Part shown: positions 14,407-24,100 of the stretch, in pieces
Position numbering within the stretch: the first letter of the stretch is position 1
How the letters are laid out: each line of letters opens with the position of its first letter
Source of the DNA: a virus
Length of the DNA stretch: 46,011 nucleotides
Strand: one strand, 5' to 3'
IMG/VR virus record: IMGVR_UViG_3300020152_000007
Coordinates: 1-46,011 of that record
Made by a program: the position numbers and the translations under genes
The notes under the pieces: generated by a model
Seen by the model: only the letters and a program-made list of their open reading frames with translations
Database searches by the model: none
Told to the model about the DNA's origin: nothing

Positions 14407-15670
14407 AATCATAGTAAGAGAAAATCGCCAACGTCAAACCTTCGACATTGACAAAATCACCGAGCTGTCAGAAAGCATTCAGCGCAACGGCTTGATGCAT
14501 CCGATTGTGGTGCGCCGTACTGACGAGGGCTTCGTGCTGGTCGCCGGGGAGCGTCGACTCAAAGCTATGCAAATGCTGATTGACCTCGACATCCCTGTCC
14601 GCTGCGGAGACACTCTCTACACCGGCGGAACCGTACCGAACCTCCAGCTTGGCGAACTCTCTCCCGAGCAAGCCGAAGAAGCCGAACTCGAAGAAAACAT
14701 CCGGCGAGTAGATTTAACGTGGCAGGAGAAAGCCGCCGCCACCGCCCGTCTTCACTTGCTGCGCAGCAAGCAAGCTGACGCCGCCGGCCAGTTCCGCCAA
14801 ACCCTTGCTATGACCGCCGCCGAGCTTATCGGCGACCTCCCCACCAGCAACGATGTCTCGATTGTTAAGGAAAACCTTATCATCGCGCAGCATCTCGATG
14901 ACCCTGACGTCGTCAAGGCGCCGACCCAGAAAGAGGCATTAAAGGTTATCGAGAAAAAAGCCAAGGCTCAGCATCGTGCTGAGCTTGCAAAAAAGTTCGA
15001 CCTGACCAAATCCCCGCACCGGCTTATCCACGCTAACAGCCTCGAGTACATGGCTGACTCCCTTGGCGATGAGGTTTTCGACTGCCTTCTCACCGACCCC
15101 CCGTACGGAGTTGACGCCTCGAATTTCGGCAGCAACTTCAGCACCCTCCACGAATACGAAGACGGATGGGAGTATTTCCTCGGCATTTCCCGCACCCTCT
15201 CTATTGAGGCCTTCCGGGTACTGAAACCCAACACCCACGCCTACGTCTTCTGCTCTTTCGAGGGCTTTTCCATCCTTGCGCGGGACTTCACTAAGGCCGG
15301 CTTTAAGGTGTGGCCACAACCGCTTATCTGGGCGAAGGGTAACGGCAACGCCCCTTGGGTTTCCCAGGGCCACAAGCGCACCTACGAGTGCATCATGTTT
15401 GCAAGCAAGGGCACTCGTGAAATGAACGTCGTCAAGGCAGACGTTCTTGTCCACTCCCCGGTGAGTGACCGCGAGCACGGCGCCGAAAAACCCGTACCCC
15501 TGCTCGTCGACCTGCTCCAGCGCAGCGTCGTTCCGGGCGATAAAATCCTCGACCCATTCGCGGGGTCAGGTAGTATTTTCCCAGCGGCCAGCGCAGTCTC
15601 CTGCGTCGCCGTGGGGATTGAACGCGAAGAAGCTTCCTTCAACCTTGCCCTTACAAAATTGGAGAATTAA
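14384..15670 (+). CDS. ParB-like N-terminal domain fused to a DNA (N6-adenine/N4-cytosine) methyltransferase
   Basis: ParB-N signature HPIVVRR...VLVAGERRLKAM; catalytic DPPY (LLTDPPYGV) followed by the AdoMet motif DPFAGSGS. Confidence 0.85.
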   Translation: MTPLLASEIIVRENRQRQTFDIDKITELSESIQRNGLMHPIVVRRTDEGFVLVAGERRLKAMQMLIDLDIPVRCGDTLYTGGTVPNLQLGELSPEQAEEAELEENIRRVDLTWQEKAAATARLHLLRSKQADAAGQFRQTLAMTAAELIGDLPTSNDVSIVKENLIIAQHLDDPDVVKAPTQKEALKVIEKKAKAQHRAELAKKFDLTKSPHRLIHANSLEYMADSLGDEVFDCLLTDPPYGVDASNFGSNFSTLHEYEDGWEYFLGISRTLSIEAFRVLKPNTHAYVFCSFEGFSILARDFTKAGFKVWPQPLIWAKGNGNAPWVSQGHKRTYECIMFASKGTREMNVVKADVLVHSPVSDREHGAEKPVPLLVDLLQRSVVPGDKILDPFAGSGSIFPAASAVSCVAVGIEREEASFNLALTKLEN

Positions 15671-15671
15671 C

Positions 15672-16127
15672 ATGGCAAAAGGACTTAACCAAGCTGTTGA
15701 CACACTCGACTTTTCCCCTCCCCGCACCCCGGAGTTTCTCGCCGCACCTCCTCCGTCGGTTTTCGAGGAAGCTGACACCATCGTGAACGGCGACCGGGAG
15801 CAAACCTACGGCCACCCGGCAAAGAACCTCCACGCCACCGCACTTATGTGGAAGGCTCACATCGAGGCCAAGTACGGTATCGTTGTTCCCCTCGACGCCT
15901 TCGACGTTGCCTGGATGATGGCGAACCTGAAACAGTGCCGCCAGATGCATATGCATAAGCGCGACAACCTTGTCGACGCCATCGGGTACATCGGGCTGGA
16001 GCAAAAAATCCGGGATTACAACGCCAGAACAGGGAGCGAGAAACAATGCAACGCAAATCAACAAGCCTCCTCGAGGCCTGCCTCGGGACAGCTGTCGGAT
16101 TCGGGGTCAGCCTCATCCTCCAAATAG
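15672..16127 (+). CDS. Conserved phage protein with a GDRxxxYG motif (DUF6378-like)
   Basis: Internal ATG of track ORF 15465..16127, with GGAG 7 nt upstream. NGDREQTYGHP...DVAWMMANLKQCRQ pattern. Confidence 0.6.
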   Translation: MAKGLNQAVDTLDFSPPRTPEFLAAPPPSVFEEADTIVNGDREQTYGHPAKNLHATALMWKAHIEAKYGIVVPLDAFDVAWMMANLKQCRQMHMHKRDNLVDAIGYIGLEQKIRDYNARTGSEKQCNANQQASSRPASGQLSDSGSASSSK

Positions 16128-16270
16128 TCATACTGCCGAGAATCGGCTGTCACGTATCGCTGGCAGTCGACATCCTCGTCGTGTGCATATTTACAATCGC
16201 CTCCGTTATCCGCTCCTACTGGATGCGGAGGTTTTTTAATTGGCTTCACGTTAAGGGAATTTTAACATGA
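16046..16270 (+). CDS. Small two-TM membrane protein (74 aa)
   Basis: ORF track; two hydrophobic segments and an RSYWMRRFF tail. Overlaps the previous CDS by 82 nt in another frame. Confidence 0.55.
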   Translation: MQRKSTSLLEACLGTAVGFGVSLILQIVILPRIGCHVSLAVDILVVCIFTIASVIRSYWMRRFFNWLHVKGILT

Positions 16271-16980
16271 GCGATAAAATAAACGTACTTGACCACGGCT
16301 TTGTCCGGTTGGTCAGTTGTATGCAGCCCGTCGACCCGTCGGCTGAGGAAAATGACATGTGGTTTGGGGACCTCGAAATCGTCCGCAACGCGAGGGTGAG
16401 TTATGATGCCGACTGGCGGGAGGGTGATGAAAAGAAGGACCAAAAGCTTATTGACTACCTCTACAAGAATCGACACACTTCCCCTTTCGAGGCGATGGTT
16501 TTTACGTTCGAGGTCAAGGCACCCCTCTTCGTTCTCCGTCAGTGGCATCGTCACCGCACCTGGAGCTACAACGAAGTTTCTGCGCGGTATACGGAACTTC
16601 CCGAGGAATTCTATCTCCCCGCACTTTCTAGCGTCACCACGCAGCACCAAAGCAACAAGCAAATGCGCACTGACGACCAGCACCCAACGGCGCATAAGTT
16701 CGTGGAAGAGTTGAAAGAACACAGCGAGCGGGCGTTTGAACTCTACCAATGGATGCTGGCCGATGGATACCCCCGCGAACTCTGCCGCACCGTCCTCCCC
16801 CTTAATACCTACTCTCGCATGTTCGCTACAGTTGACCTGCACAACCTCTTCCACTTCTGCCGGCTACGTTTGCACCCACACGCTCAATACGAAATTCGCG
16901 TGTACGCGCAGGCCATGCTTGACCTCGTCAATACCATCTGCCCTTATGCAGTTAAGGCATTCAAGGAGGGCTTAGAATGA
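16267..16980 (+). CDS. thyX: FAD-dependent thymidylate synthase ThyX
   Basis: ThyX signature RHRTWSYNEVSARY (RHRxxSxxxxSxR); typical N-terminus VLDHGFVRLV. Confidence 0.92.
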   Translation: MSDKINVLDHGFVRLVSCMQPVDPSAEENDMWFGDLEIVRNARVSYDADWREGDEKKDQKLIDYLYKNRHTSPFEAMVFTFEVKAPLFVLRQWHRHRTWSYNEVSARYTELPEEFYLPALSSVTTQHQSNKQMRTDDQHPTAHKFVEELKEHSERAFELYQWMLADGYPRELCRTVLPLNTYSRMFATVDLHNLFHFCRLRLHPHAQYEIRVYAQAMLDLVNTICPYAVKAFKEGLE

Positions 16981-19313
16981 TTGAACCGCAGGGGCGTCGG
17001 CCAGCTCGCATAATGATTATCGGGGACAGCCCAGGCCCCGATGACCAACTAAAAGGTCGGATGTGGCAGGGCACAGCGGGGGCAGAACTTCGGCGGATGC
17101 TGGCGCAGTCCGGCATCAACATGAACGACTGTTACTTGACGAATGTTTTTAAGCGGAGGACTTATGTCGAGGACCACTTTGACTTCAAGAACAAGCGCCC
17201 TATTGGCGGGGAGGTAGAAAATGCTCGTAAGCTTTTAGAGCGTGAAATTGAGGAATGCGACCCTACCCTCATCATACCTATGGGGGGGCTTCCCCTGTGG
17301 ATGTTCAACGGGGATAGTGCTATCTCTACTTGGCGCGGGAGTCTGCTCGAGTGGCGGGGCCGGAAGGTCCTCCCCACTTACCATCCCTCGCAAATCATGC
17401 GCATGTGGGAGTGGCGAGCCTTTGCCCTCACCGACCTGCGCCGGGCGCAAGACGAGTCGCTAACCCGCGACTTCAACTGGCGAATTTACAACTTCACCGT
17501 TAGACCGCAATTTGGTCAAGTAATAGAGCAACTAAACAACCTACTTGACACGGCGGAACAGGGTCCGCTTAAGCTCTCTGTCGACCTCGAAACCCGCTCG
17601 CAATTCATGGCCTGTATCGGCATCGCCTGGTCGCAGACTGACGCAATCTGCATTCCTTTAATGTGTGTTGAAAAACCGGAGGGGTATTGGGATGAACACG
17701 AAGAACTGGAAATTGTTACAATGGTGCGTAGCTTGCTTACTCATCGTAATGTCAGGGTGGTCGGTCAGAATTTTCTATACGATGCACAGTACTTTGCAAA
17801 AGAGCACGGCTACGTCCCCAACCTTACCGACGATACCATGTTTATGCAGCACGTACTCTTCCCCGGCCTTCCCAAAGGGCTTGATTTTCTCGCTTCCATG
17901 TACTGCCAGAAATATGTCTATTGGAAAGGCGAGGGAAAGGACTGGGACCCAAGCGTACCCGAAGAGAAACTGTGGATTTATAACTGCAAAGATGCCTGTT
18001 ACACGTATGAAATCAGTGATGTGTTGCCAGCGAGTTTAGCCCAAAACAACCTCACCGAACGGTACAACTTCCAAATGCGGATTTGGTGGAGAGCCCTCCG
18101 CATGATGCTTCGCGGCGTTCGCATAGACCTCAAATACCGCGACCAACTGGCAGGAGAATTACTCCATGAAATCATGCAGCGAGAGCAACGCATACTTCAG
18201 TTATGCGGCCATCCCCTCAATCCCCGGTCGCCCAAGCAGATGTCGACGTTCTTTTACGAGGACTGCAAACTCCCGGCCCAGCGTTCTCGCAAAGGCACTC
18301 GCGGAATCACGACGGACGATGAGGCGCTCACAAAAATCGCAACCCTCGAGCCCATCGTCGCTCCGCTCTGCAAAACCATCCGGGAAATGCGAAGCCTCGG
18401 CGTCTTCCTCTCCACTTTCGTACGGGCGTCTCTTAGCCACGACAAGCGCATCCGCTGCTCCTTCAATCCTGCGGGGACTGAATCGTTCCGGCTTTCTTCC
18501 TCGAAGGATGCTTTCGATTCAGGCACAAATCTCCAGAACATTCCGTCCGGTGATGAGGAGGAGGAACATGATGCAAATGCCTTGGTTCTTCCGAACATAC
18601 GCAAGCTCTTCGTCCCGGACCCAGACTACATTATCTTTGACGTCGACCTTTCAGGTGCTGACGCTCAGGTGGTCGCATGGGAAGCTAACGATGATAACCT
18701 TAAAGAAATCTTCCGTTCCGGCCAGAAAGTTCACGCTGTCAATGCGAAGGATATTTACGGAGCGGATGCCGGCCCGGATGGCAAGCGGGAGCCGTATTAC
18801 AAACGTGCTAAGATGGGGTGCCACCTTACGAATTACGGAGGTAAACCACGGACACTTTCAGTCGCCCTTGCTCTTACCATGCATGAGGCGGAGTTGTTCC
18901 AGCGCCGTTGGTTTGACATCCATCCTGGGATAAAGGACTGGCACAACCGCATCGAGGCGCAACTGCAGAGCACTCGTGAGGTGCGAAATAAATTCGGCAA
19001 CCGCCGCTTTTACTTCGACCGCGTGGAGGACCTGTTGCCCGAGGCCCTTGCTTGGGTCCCGCAATCTACCGTCGCCCTCGTCACCAACACCCAGTGGGAT
19101 AACATCGACACGCAAATTCCTGAAATCCAATTGCTCATTCAGGTCCACGACTCCCTCGTAGGCCAGTGCAAAATTCAGGATTGGCCACGCGTCAAGCCGC
19201 TTCTAAAAGAAGCGCTTAAGGTGCTGGTCCCCTACGATGACCCGCTTATTATCCCATCCGGGTTAAAGACCTCAACCCAAAGTTGGGGGCATTGCGTCGC
19301 TGAGAAGTGGTAA
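16977..19313 (+). CDS. Family A DNA polymerase with a 3'-5' exonuclease domain and an N-terminal family-4-UDG-like domain
   Basis: UDG-like IMIIGDSPGPDD...PTYHPSQ. Exo motifs DLETRS, NFLYDAQY, YNCKDACY. Pol motifs DVDLSGADAQVVA, KRAKMGCHLTNYGG, QVHDS. Confidence 0.9.
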   Translation: MIEPQGRRPARIMIIGDSPGPDDQLKGRMWQGTAGAELRRMLAQSGINMNDCYLTNVFKRRTYVEDHFDFKNKRPIGGEVENARKLLEREIEECDPTLIIPMGGLPLWMFNGDSAISTWRGSLLEWRGRKVLPTYHPSQIMRMWEWRAFALTDLRRAQDESLTRDFNWRIYNFTVRPQFGQVIEQLNNLLDTAEQGPLKLSVDLETRSQFMACIGIAWSQTDAICIPLMCVEKPEGYWDEHEELEIVTMVRSLLTHRNVRVVGQNFLYDAQYFAKEHGYVPNLTDDTMFMQHVLFPGLPKGLDFLASMYCQKYVYWKGEGKDWDPSVPEEKLWIYNCKDACYTYEISDVLPASLAQNNLTERYNFQMRIWWRALRMMLRGVRIDLKYRDQLAGELLHEIMQREQRILQLCGHPLNPRSPKQMSTFFYEDCKLPAQRSRKGTRGITTDDEALTKIATLEPIVAPLCKTIREMRSLGVFLSTFVRASLSHDKRIRCSFNPAGTESFRLSSSKDAFDSGTNLQNIPSGDEEEEHDANALVLPNIRKLFVPDPDYIIFDVDLSGADAQVVAWEANDDNLKEIFRSGQKVHAVNAKDIYGADAGPDGKREPYYKRAKMGCHLTNYGGKPRTLSVALALTMHEAELFQRRWFDIHPGIKDWHNRIEAQLQSTREVRNKFGNRRFYFDRVEDLLPEALAWVPQSTVALVTNTQWDNIDTQIPEIQLLIQVHDSLVGQCKIQDWPRVKPLLKEALKVLVPYDDPLIIPSGLKTSTQSWGHCVAEKW

Positions 19314-19318
19314 AACTT

Positions 19319-19347
19319 GGGGCGGTGATTAAATCAATTACCGTCCC
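19319..19347. promoter_or_regulatory. 29-bp imperfect palindrome, copy 4
   Basis: GGGGCGGTGATTAAATCAATTACCGTCCC, 5 nt after the polymerase stop codon. Confidence 0.85.
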
Positions 19348-19403
19348 ATGTTCGTCTGTGGTCAACCGCACATACACGCTACCGGGGCATGTGATATGGA
19401 CAA

Positions 19404-19490
19404 AAACGCATTTAAAACGCATTATACACGCATAACTCAAATCCGGGCGGTCACAGTACCGACCCCAGATTAAATCCGTATAAACGCATT
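19404..19490 (+). repeat. Phased iteron-like repeats A(A/C)ACGCAT(T/A)
   Basis: AAACGCATT at 19404 and 19415, ACACGCATA at 19426 (11-bp spacing), and AAACGCATT again at 19482 (56 bp further on). Confidence 0.75.
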
Positions 19491-19505
19491 TCTAATTGAG
19501 CCTCT

Positions 19506-19697
19506 ATGCTAAAGAAAAAAGAAATACCTCCCCGCCCTTGCGGTTATTGTGAAGTGGAGTTTATACCGGCCCGAGAGTGGCAACGATTCTGTTGCACTAA
19601 GTGTCGGAATAACTACCACGCGGAACTTCGAGAGAAAGAAATCCAAGCACTGCTCGATGAGCTAGCACAACTAAAAGGGCAGGGGACGAAGGTATGA
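19506..19697 (+). CDS. Small zinc-ribbon protein (63 aa)
   Basis: CGYC...CTKC pairs followed by a coiled-coil-like tail. ATGA-coupled to the next gene. Confidence 0.6.
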   Translation: MLKKKEIPPRPCGYCEVEFIPAREWQRFCCTKCRNNYHAELREKEIQALLDELAQLKGQGTKV

Positions 19698-20899
19698 GGA
19701 ATCACGAGAACTGGCTTAAAGCTTTTATCGAATACGCCAGCTTTGGCGAAGCCCCGCTAAAGATGCTCTTTTGGACCGGCGTTTCGACAGTGTGTGGGGC
19801 GCTGCGTCGTCGGGTTTGGCTGGATATGAAATACTTCCAGTGGGTACCGAATATGTACATTGTCATGGTGGCACCTCCCGGTATTGTCTCCAAGTCGACA
19901 ACTGCGAATGTGGGGATGAACCTCCTCCGCCGTGTCGATGGCATTGTCTTCGGGCCAGACGTTGTAACGTGGCAGGCGCTAGTCGAAAGCATGGCGAAGA
20001 GCACTGAACTTGTGCTCGACAAGACGACGGGAGAATACCTCCCGATGTCCTGCATCACCATCGCTTCTGACGAGTTCGGCAACTTTCTCAACCCCGACGA
20101 CCGGGAGATGGTGGATGTGCTTGTGAGTCTGTGGGATGGTAAGCGTGGCTCCTTCACCAAGACGACAAAGATGTCAGGCAATGACCTCATCGAGAATCCG
20201 TGGATTAACCTTATTGCCTGTACCACCCCCGCGTGGATAAGCGGCAATTTTCCCGAGTACATGATTGGGGGCGGTTTTACCTCCCGCTGTGTTTTCGTCT
20301 TTGCCGACTCGAAGCGGCAGGAAATCGCCTACCCTGACGAGAATGTCCCGCCAAATTTCCTGGCAATGCAGGGTTCGCTTATAGAGGACCTAAAGCAAAT
20401 CGCTGAGCTTTTGGGAGAAATGAAACTTACCGACGACGCCCGTGAGTGGGGCAGGGTGTGGTACACGAATCACTGGCAGAATCCCCCGACCGGACTCAAC
20501 CTCGAGCAGTTCGGCGGGTACCTCGCCCGGAAGCAAACTCTCATTCACAAACTTGCAATGGTCGTTTCAGCCGCCCAACGCAACACCCTCGAAATCACTG
20601 CCGCAGACCTCGAGTTCAGCGCCGAGAGCATCAGCGCCCTCGAGCAAGACATGCCGAAGGTATTCCTCCGCATCGGTCAGGACAAAATTACAAAAGGCAC
20701 TACCGACATTACAGCCTACGTCCAGGCTCACGGTCGGGTGTCCAAAAACACCCTCTTCAAACACTTCGTCCGCACACTTAGCTTCAACGATTTCGAGGCT
20801 TCGTTGCGCGGGGCTGTACAAGCGGGCTTCGTACATTACCAACAACAGGGGAACGAGCAGTATGTCGTTAAAGGGGGTCTAGGTGGCGTACAAACCTGA
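19694..20899 (+). CDS. DUF3987-like P-loop NTPase (putative replicative helicase/primase-associated ATPase)
   Basis: Deviant Walker A VAPPGIVSKST; Walker B ITIASDEFGNF; LIACTTP and GGGFTSRCVFVF blocks. Confidence 0.5.
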   Translation: MRNHENWLKAFIEYASFGEAPLKMLFWTGVSTVCGALRRRVWLDMKYFQWVPNMYIVMVAPPGIVSKSTTANVGMNLLRRVDGIVFGPDVVTWQALVESMAKSTELVLDKTTGEYLPMSCITIASDEFGNFLNPDDREMVDVLVSLWDGKRGSFTKTTKMSGNDLIENPWINLIACTTPAWISGNFPEYMIGGGFTSRCVFVFADSKRQEIAYPDENVPPNFLAMQGSLIEDLKQIAELLGEMKLTDDAREWGRVWYTNHWQNPPTGLNLEQFGGYLARKQTLIHKLAMVVSAAQRNTLEITAADLEFSAESISALEQDMPKVFLRIGQDKITKGTTDITAYVQAHGRVSKNTLFKHFVRTLSFNDFEASLRGAVQAGFVHYQQQGNEQYVVKGGLGGVQT

Positions 20900-21161
20900 G
20901 AGTGCATTTCGGTTCGTGGTTAACTGTCAGAAGGTTTGCTGTCCGTACGAGTATCTCCGACAAACCCGCAGGGAGACCTCACAGAATCTTGCCGACTTTC
21001 TTGGCTTCTCTGTGAGGACTATCCGGTACTGGCGACTGCGCTACCGCGAGGGGGTGGTGAAGTGCGAACGCCTGCACGATTGCCCCCACCGCCCCGACGC
21101 GCAGCCTATTACTCTTCCTCGTCAGCGAAAGACTCGGAAACTCCCGCCGCAAGGTTCCTAG
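20883..21161 (+). CDS. Putative helix-turn-helix DNA-binding protein (92 aa, GTG start)
   Basis: SQNLADFLGFSVRTIRYWRLRYREG is HTH-like. AAGGGGG 5 nt upstream. Last gene of the plus-strand arm. Its 3' end overlaps the convergent giant ORF by 53 bp. Confidence 0.5.
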   Translation: MAYKPESAFRFVVNCQKVCCPYEYLRQTRRETSQNLADFLGFSVRTIRYWRLRYREGVVKCERLHDCPHRPDAQPITLPRQRKTRKLPPQGS

Positions 21162-24100
21162 CGTTTTTCGGCACAATACCGAGTTCCCGCTTGCGTTGGG
21201 CATCGAGGTGAGCTCGGTAGCTCTTGTGCAGTTGCCATTTCTGCAGCCGCATTTTCACATCCACCACCGAGTCGTTAAACTCCTCAATCCGCGACTCGAC
21301 ATCCGCCAGCGCTTCGCGGTCGTCGGCATCGCGGGCTTGACTCCACGCCGCCTGCAGGTTTTCCCGCTGTTTCGTCCAGTACATCACGGCTTCGGTTCGG
21401 GCCCAGTTTTCTTCTCGGGTCTTGTTCAGCCCGCTTGGAGTAAACCCAGCTATCTTCGCAGCCCCTTCCGCAACTGAGGGTTCGTAGATAGTTTCCCCAA
21501 TCCGGCCCTTGACTTCGCCGCTATCAATCCACTCCATTCCGGAGCTAACTGAACCGACGATGCCGGGGAACCGCTGGATGTTCTGTTCGATGCTCTTCCC
21601 TTGCCCGAGGTTAATAGCCATTTCGCCGAGGTTTTTAATCAAACTTCCCGTCACCCCTGTCGAGGTTAGAAGCGCCCGGCCGGCAAGTTCCTCTGGCGTT
21701 TCCGGATGCGAGTTCACGATGTCAGTTCCGGGCACCGGATTACCGATACCCAAGCTTCCACTAACATCCACTCCCATCACATCGCCGCCCATACCCTTAC
21801 TCCACCACCGGGGGTCATTCACCCAATGCCAGCCTTCGGGCGCCGGGATTTGTTTTATCCCCTCGCGTAGGTGTTGCCGGGCACTCTTCCCTGTCATCGA
21901 CATCAGCACGGCGTCGAGGATATCAAGAAGATTCCCGGAGAACGGAAGGGCCTCATAACCACCGAGCAGCAACAGCACCAGCAAAACTCGCTGTGTGTGA
22001 TTAATCGCGCCTTTGTCTCTCGCCGCTCCGAGCATTTCCACCCGACGCTGCTTACCCAGGTTATACCCCCCGGTCGAGTGCCAAGCAAGATGCACTGCGA
22101 ACGAGAAGAAGATGGTGAACAGCGGCAACAGACCGCCAAGGCTCCCGCCCCCTCGCATAAACTTCGGGCGATTGGCGAGTGTGTAGCTATTCTGCAGCAA
22201 GTCCGTTTGCTTCACCGCCTCCTGATACAAACTCTCCAGATTCACCCCGGCGTTGTTTTTCTTCGCCTCCGCCATTGCCGCATTCAGGGTTGCAAGGAAG
22301 GTGATTCGCCGGGCGTATTGCTCGGTCATCGTAAACGGCGCCATCCCTGCATCCGCTACCCACTGCAGACCTCGGTGCGTGTCGGCAGCCCAGCGGCTCC
22401 GGTTGGTCATCCGGCGAGTTACTCCAGCCGTTGCCGCTGCCCCTAAATGCGCTGCGTAGTTCTGCACTAAAAAACCCTCAGTAATCGCACGCTCGTACAT
22501 TTTCGCAATTTCCGGAGCAATCTTACCCTTCCCACTCACCAACACCCCGAGCTGCTTATTCGCCTTGAGCATCGCCGCATCACCTGCCAGCTCCCCGTAC
22601 TTCGAGGTCAAAGCTCCCCACGTACTAACCATGCCGGTGAGGTTCAGCAGCGCTGTCTTTATTCCGCCCCACAGGTACACGATTGCTACAAAGCTCCGGG
22701 CCGCATACATCTCGTTCGGGGGCGCCATCATGTAATCCTTGGTAATGGCCATGTACTTCTGAGCGCGCTTGATGTCCTGCAGCAGTCTGCGGCGGGGACC
22801 TGCGCGCATCGGAGTTTTGTCCACCTCTGCAAGCATTTGCCGCGCCGACTGTTCGGCCTTGTTGAAGGATGCAAGAGCTTCCGTCCGGGCAATCAGCGTC
22901 GAGTTGTGCCAGATAAAGTCAGCAAAGTTCCGCATCCGGTCTTTGCTTCCTCCCGAAATCTTCTCAATCGCCTTGCTGTATGGTGCCAGAAGCTTGTCCT
23001 CTTTCACAGGGTGCAACAGGTCATACAGCGTATCCCGTTGTTCCTGCGTCATATCCAGCGCTTCCGCCGCTACATCCACGTACTCGCGGGGGAGTGCAAG
23101 TAAAGCCCGTTTTTCGTCGGTCAAGTTAGCGATGGTCCGAACCCTCTGCCCAGGCTTCAGATTCTTTTCCAACAGCTCCCGGGCTTTCTCCCATTCCCTG
23201 TTGCTTTCGAACATCTGGCGATACACAACCTTGCGCTCCAGCCCGTTTTGCTCATACACCACTAGCCCCCACTCGCCATAATCTCCCCGAGGCAAAAATG
23301 GTGTCTCCCGAATCGAGGCGAAAGCCTTCTTCAACTCGTTCAGTTTGACAAGGAATTCCGACTGTTCCTGTACCGCCACACCCAGCCGACGGGCCAGAAC
23401 AATCTGCGCAGCTTCCGTATGCTGCAACAGCGCATTCTTACTCCGCAGATAAATTTCCGCTGCCTTTTTCCCCTGCCGCGTGTTGATGTCAATGCCAGCC
23501 TCTTTCAGCTTATCCACCGTTTCCGCTGTCATAACGTGCTTCCAGCCAGTTTCATCTCGTTGCAAAGCTGTCCAATGCACCCCTCCATCGGCTTCTTTTT
23601 CAAGCGCCCGATTCAACTTCGCATCGGCCTCCTTCCCCAGCATCTGCCAGTCTTTTGCAATGCCTTCACCCAGGGCCTGCAGCCGGGACTTCGCAGCATT
23701 GTATTGACTTGACGCGTTGGCCATCTGCTCAAGGAAATAGAACTCGGGGTGTAGCCACGAAATTTGCTGGAGTTGCAACAGTGAATACTGTGCTCGGGCG
23801 AGCCAATTCAGCGCCCTCCCCGTTAACCCCATGTTTTCGTACTTTTCCAGCGTCCGGGAAAGCGTGTCAATTTCCAGACCTGTCGCCGTGGTGAGGTCAA
23901 TGTCGGTTTGCATGTGAATGCGGGAGTCGTTGCTGTTAAAGGTAGCGTTCGCTGTTTTAACCTGCGCTGAGTCAAAGGCAACCCAACTCGTACCGCCCTC
24001 AACGTCATTCTCGTACTTAATCCCGTCATAGCCCAAGTGTTGCAGAATGCTCTTTAGGGTTGAGAAGTCTTCCCCATTCCGCTGAACAGCTTCAACCTGC

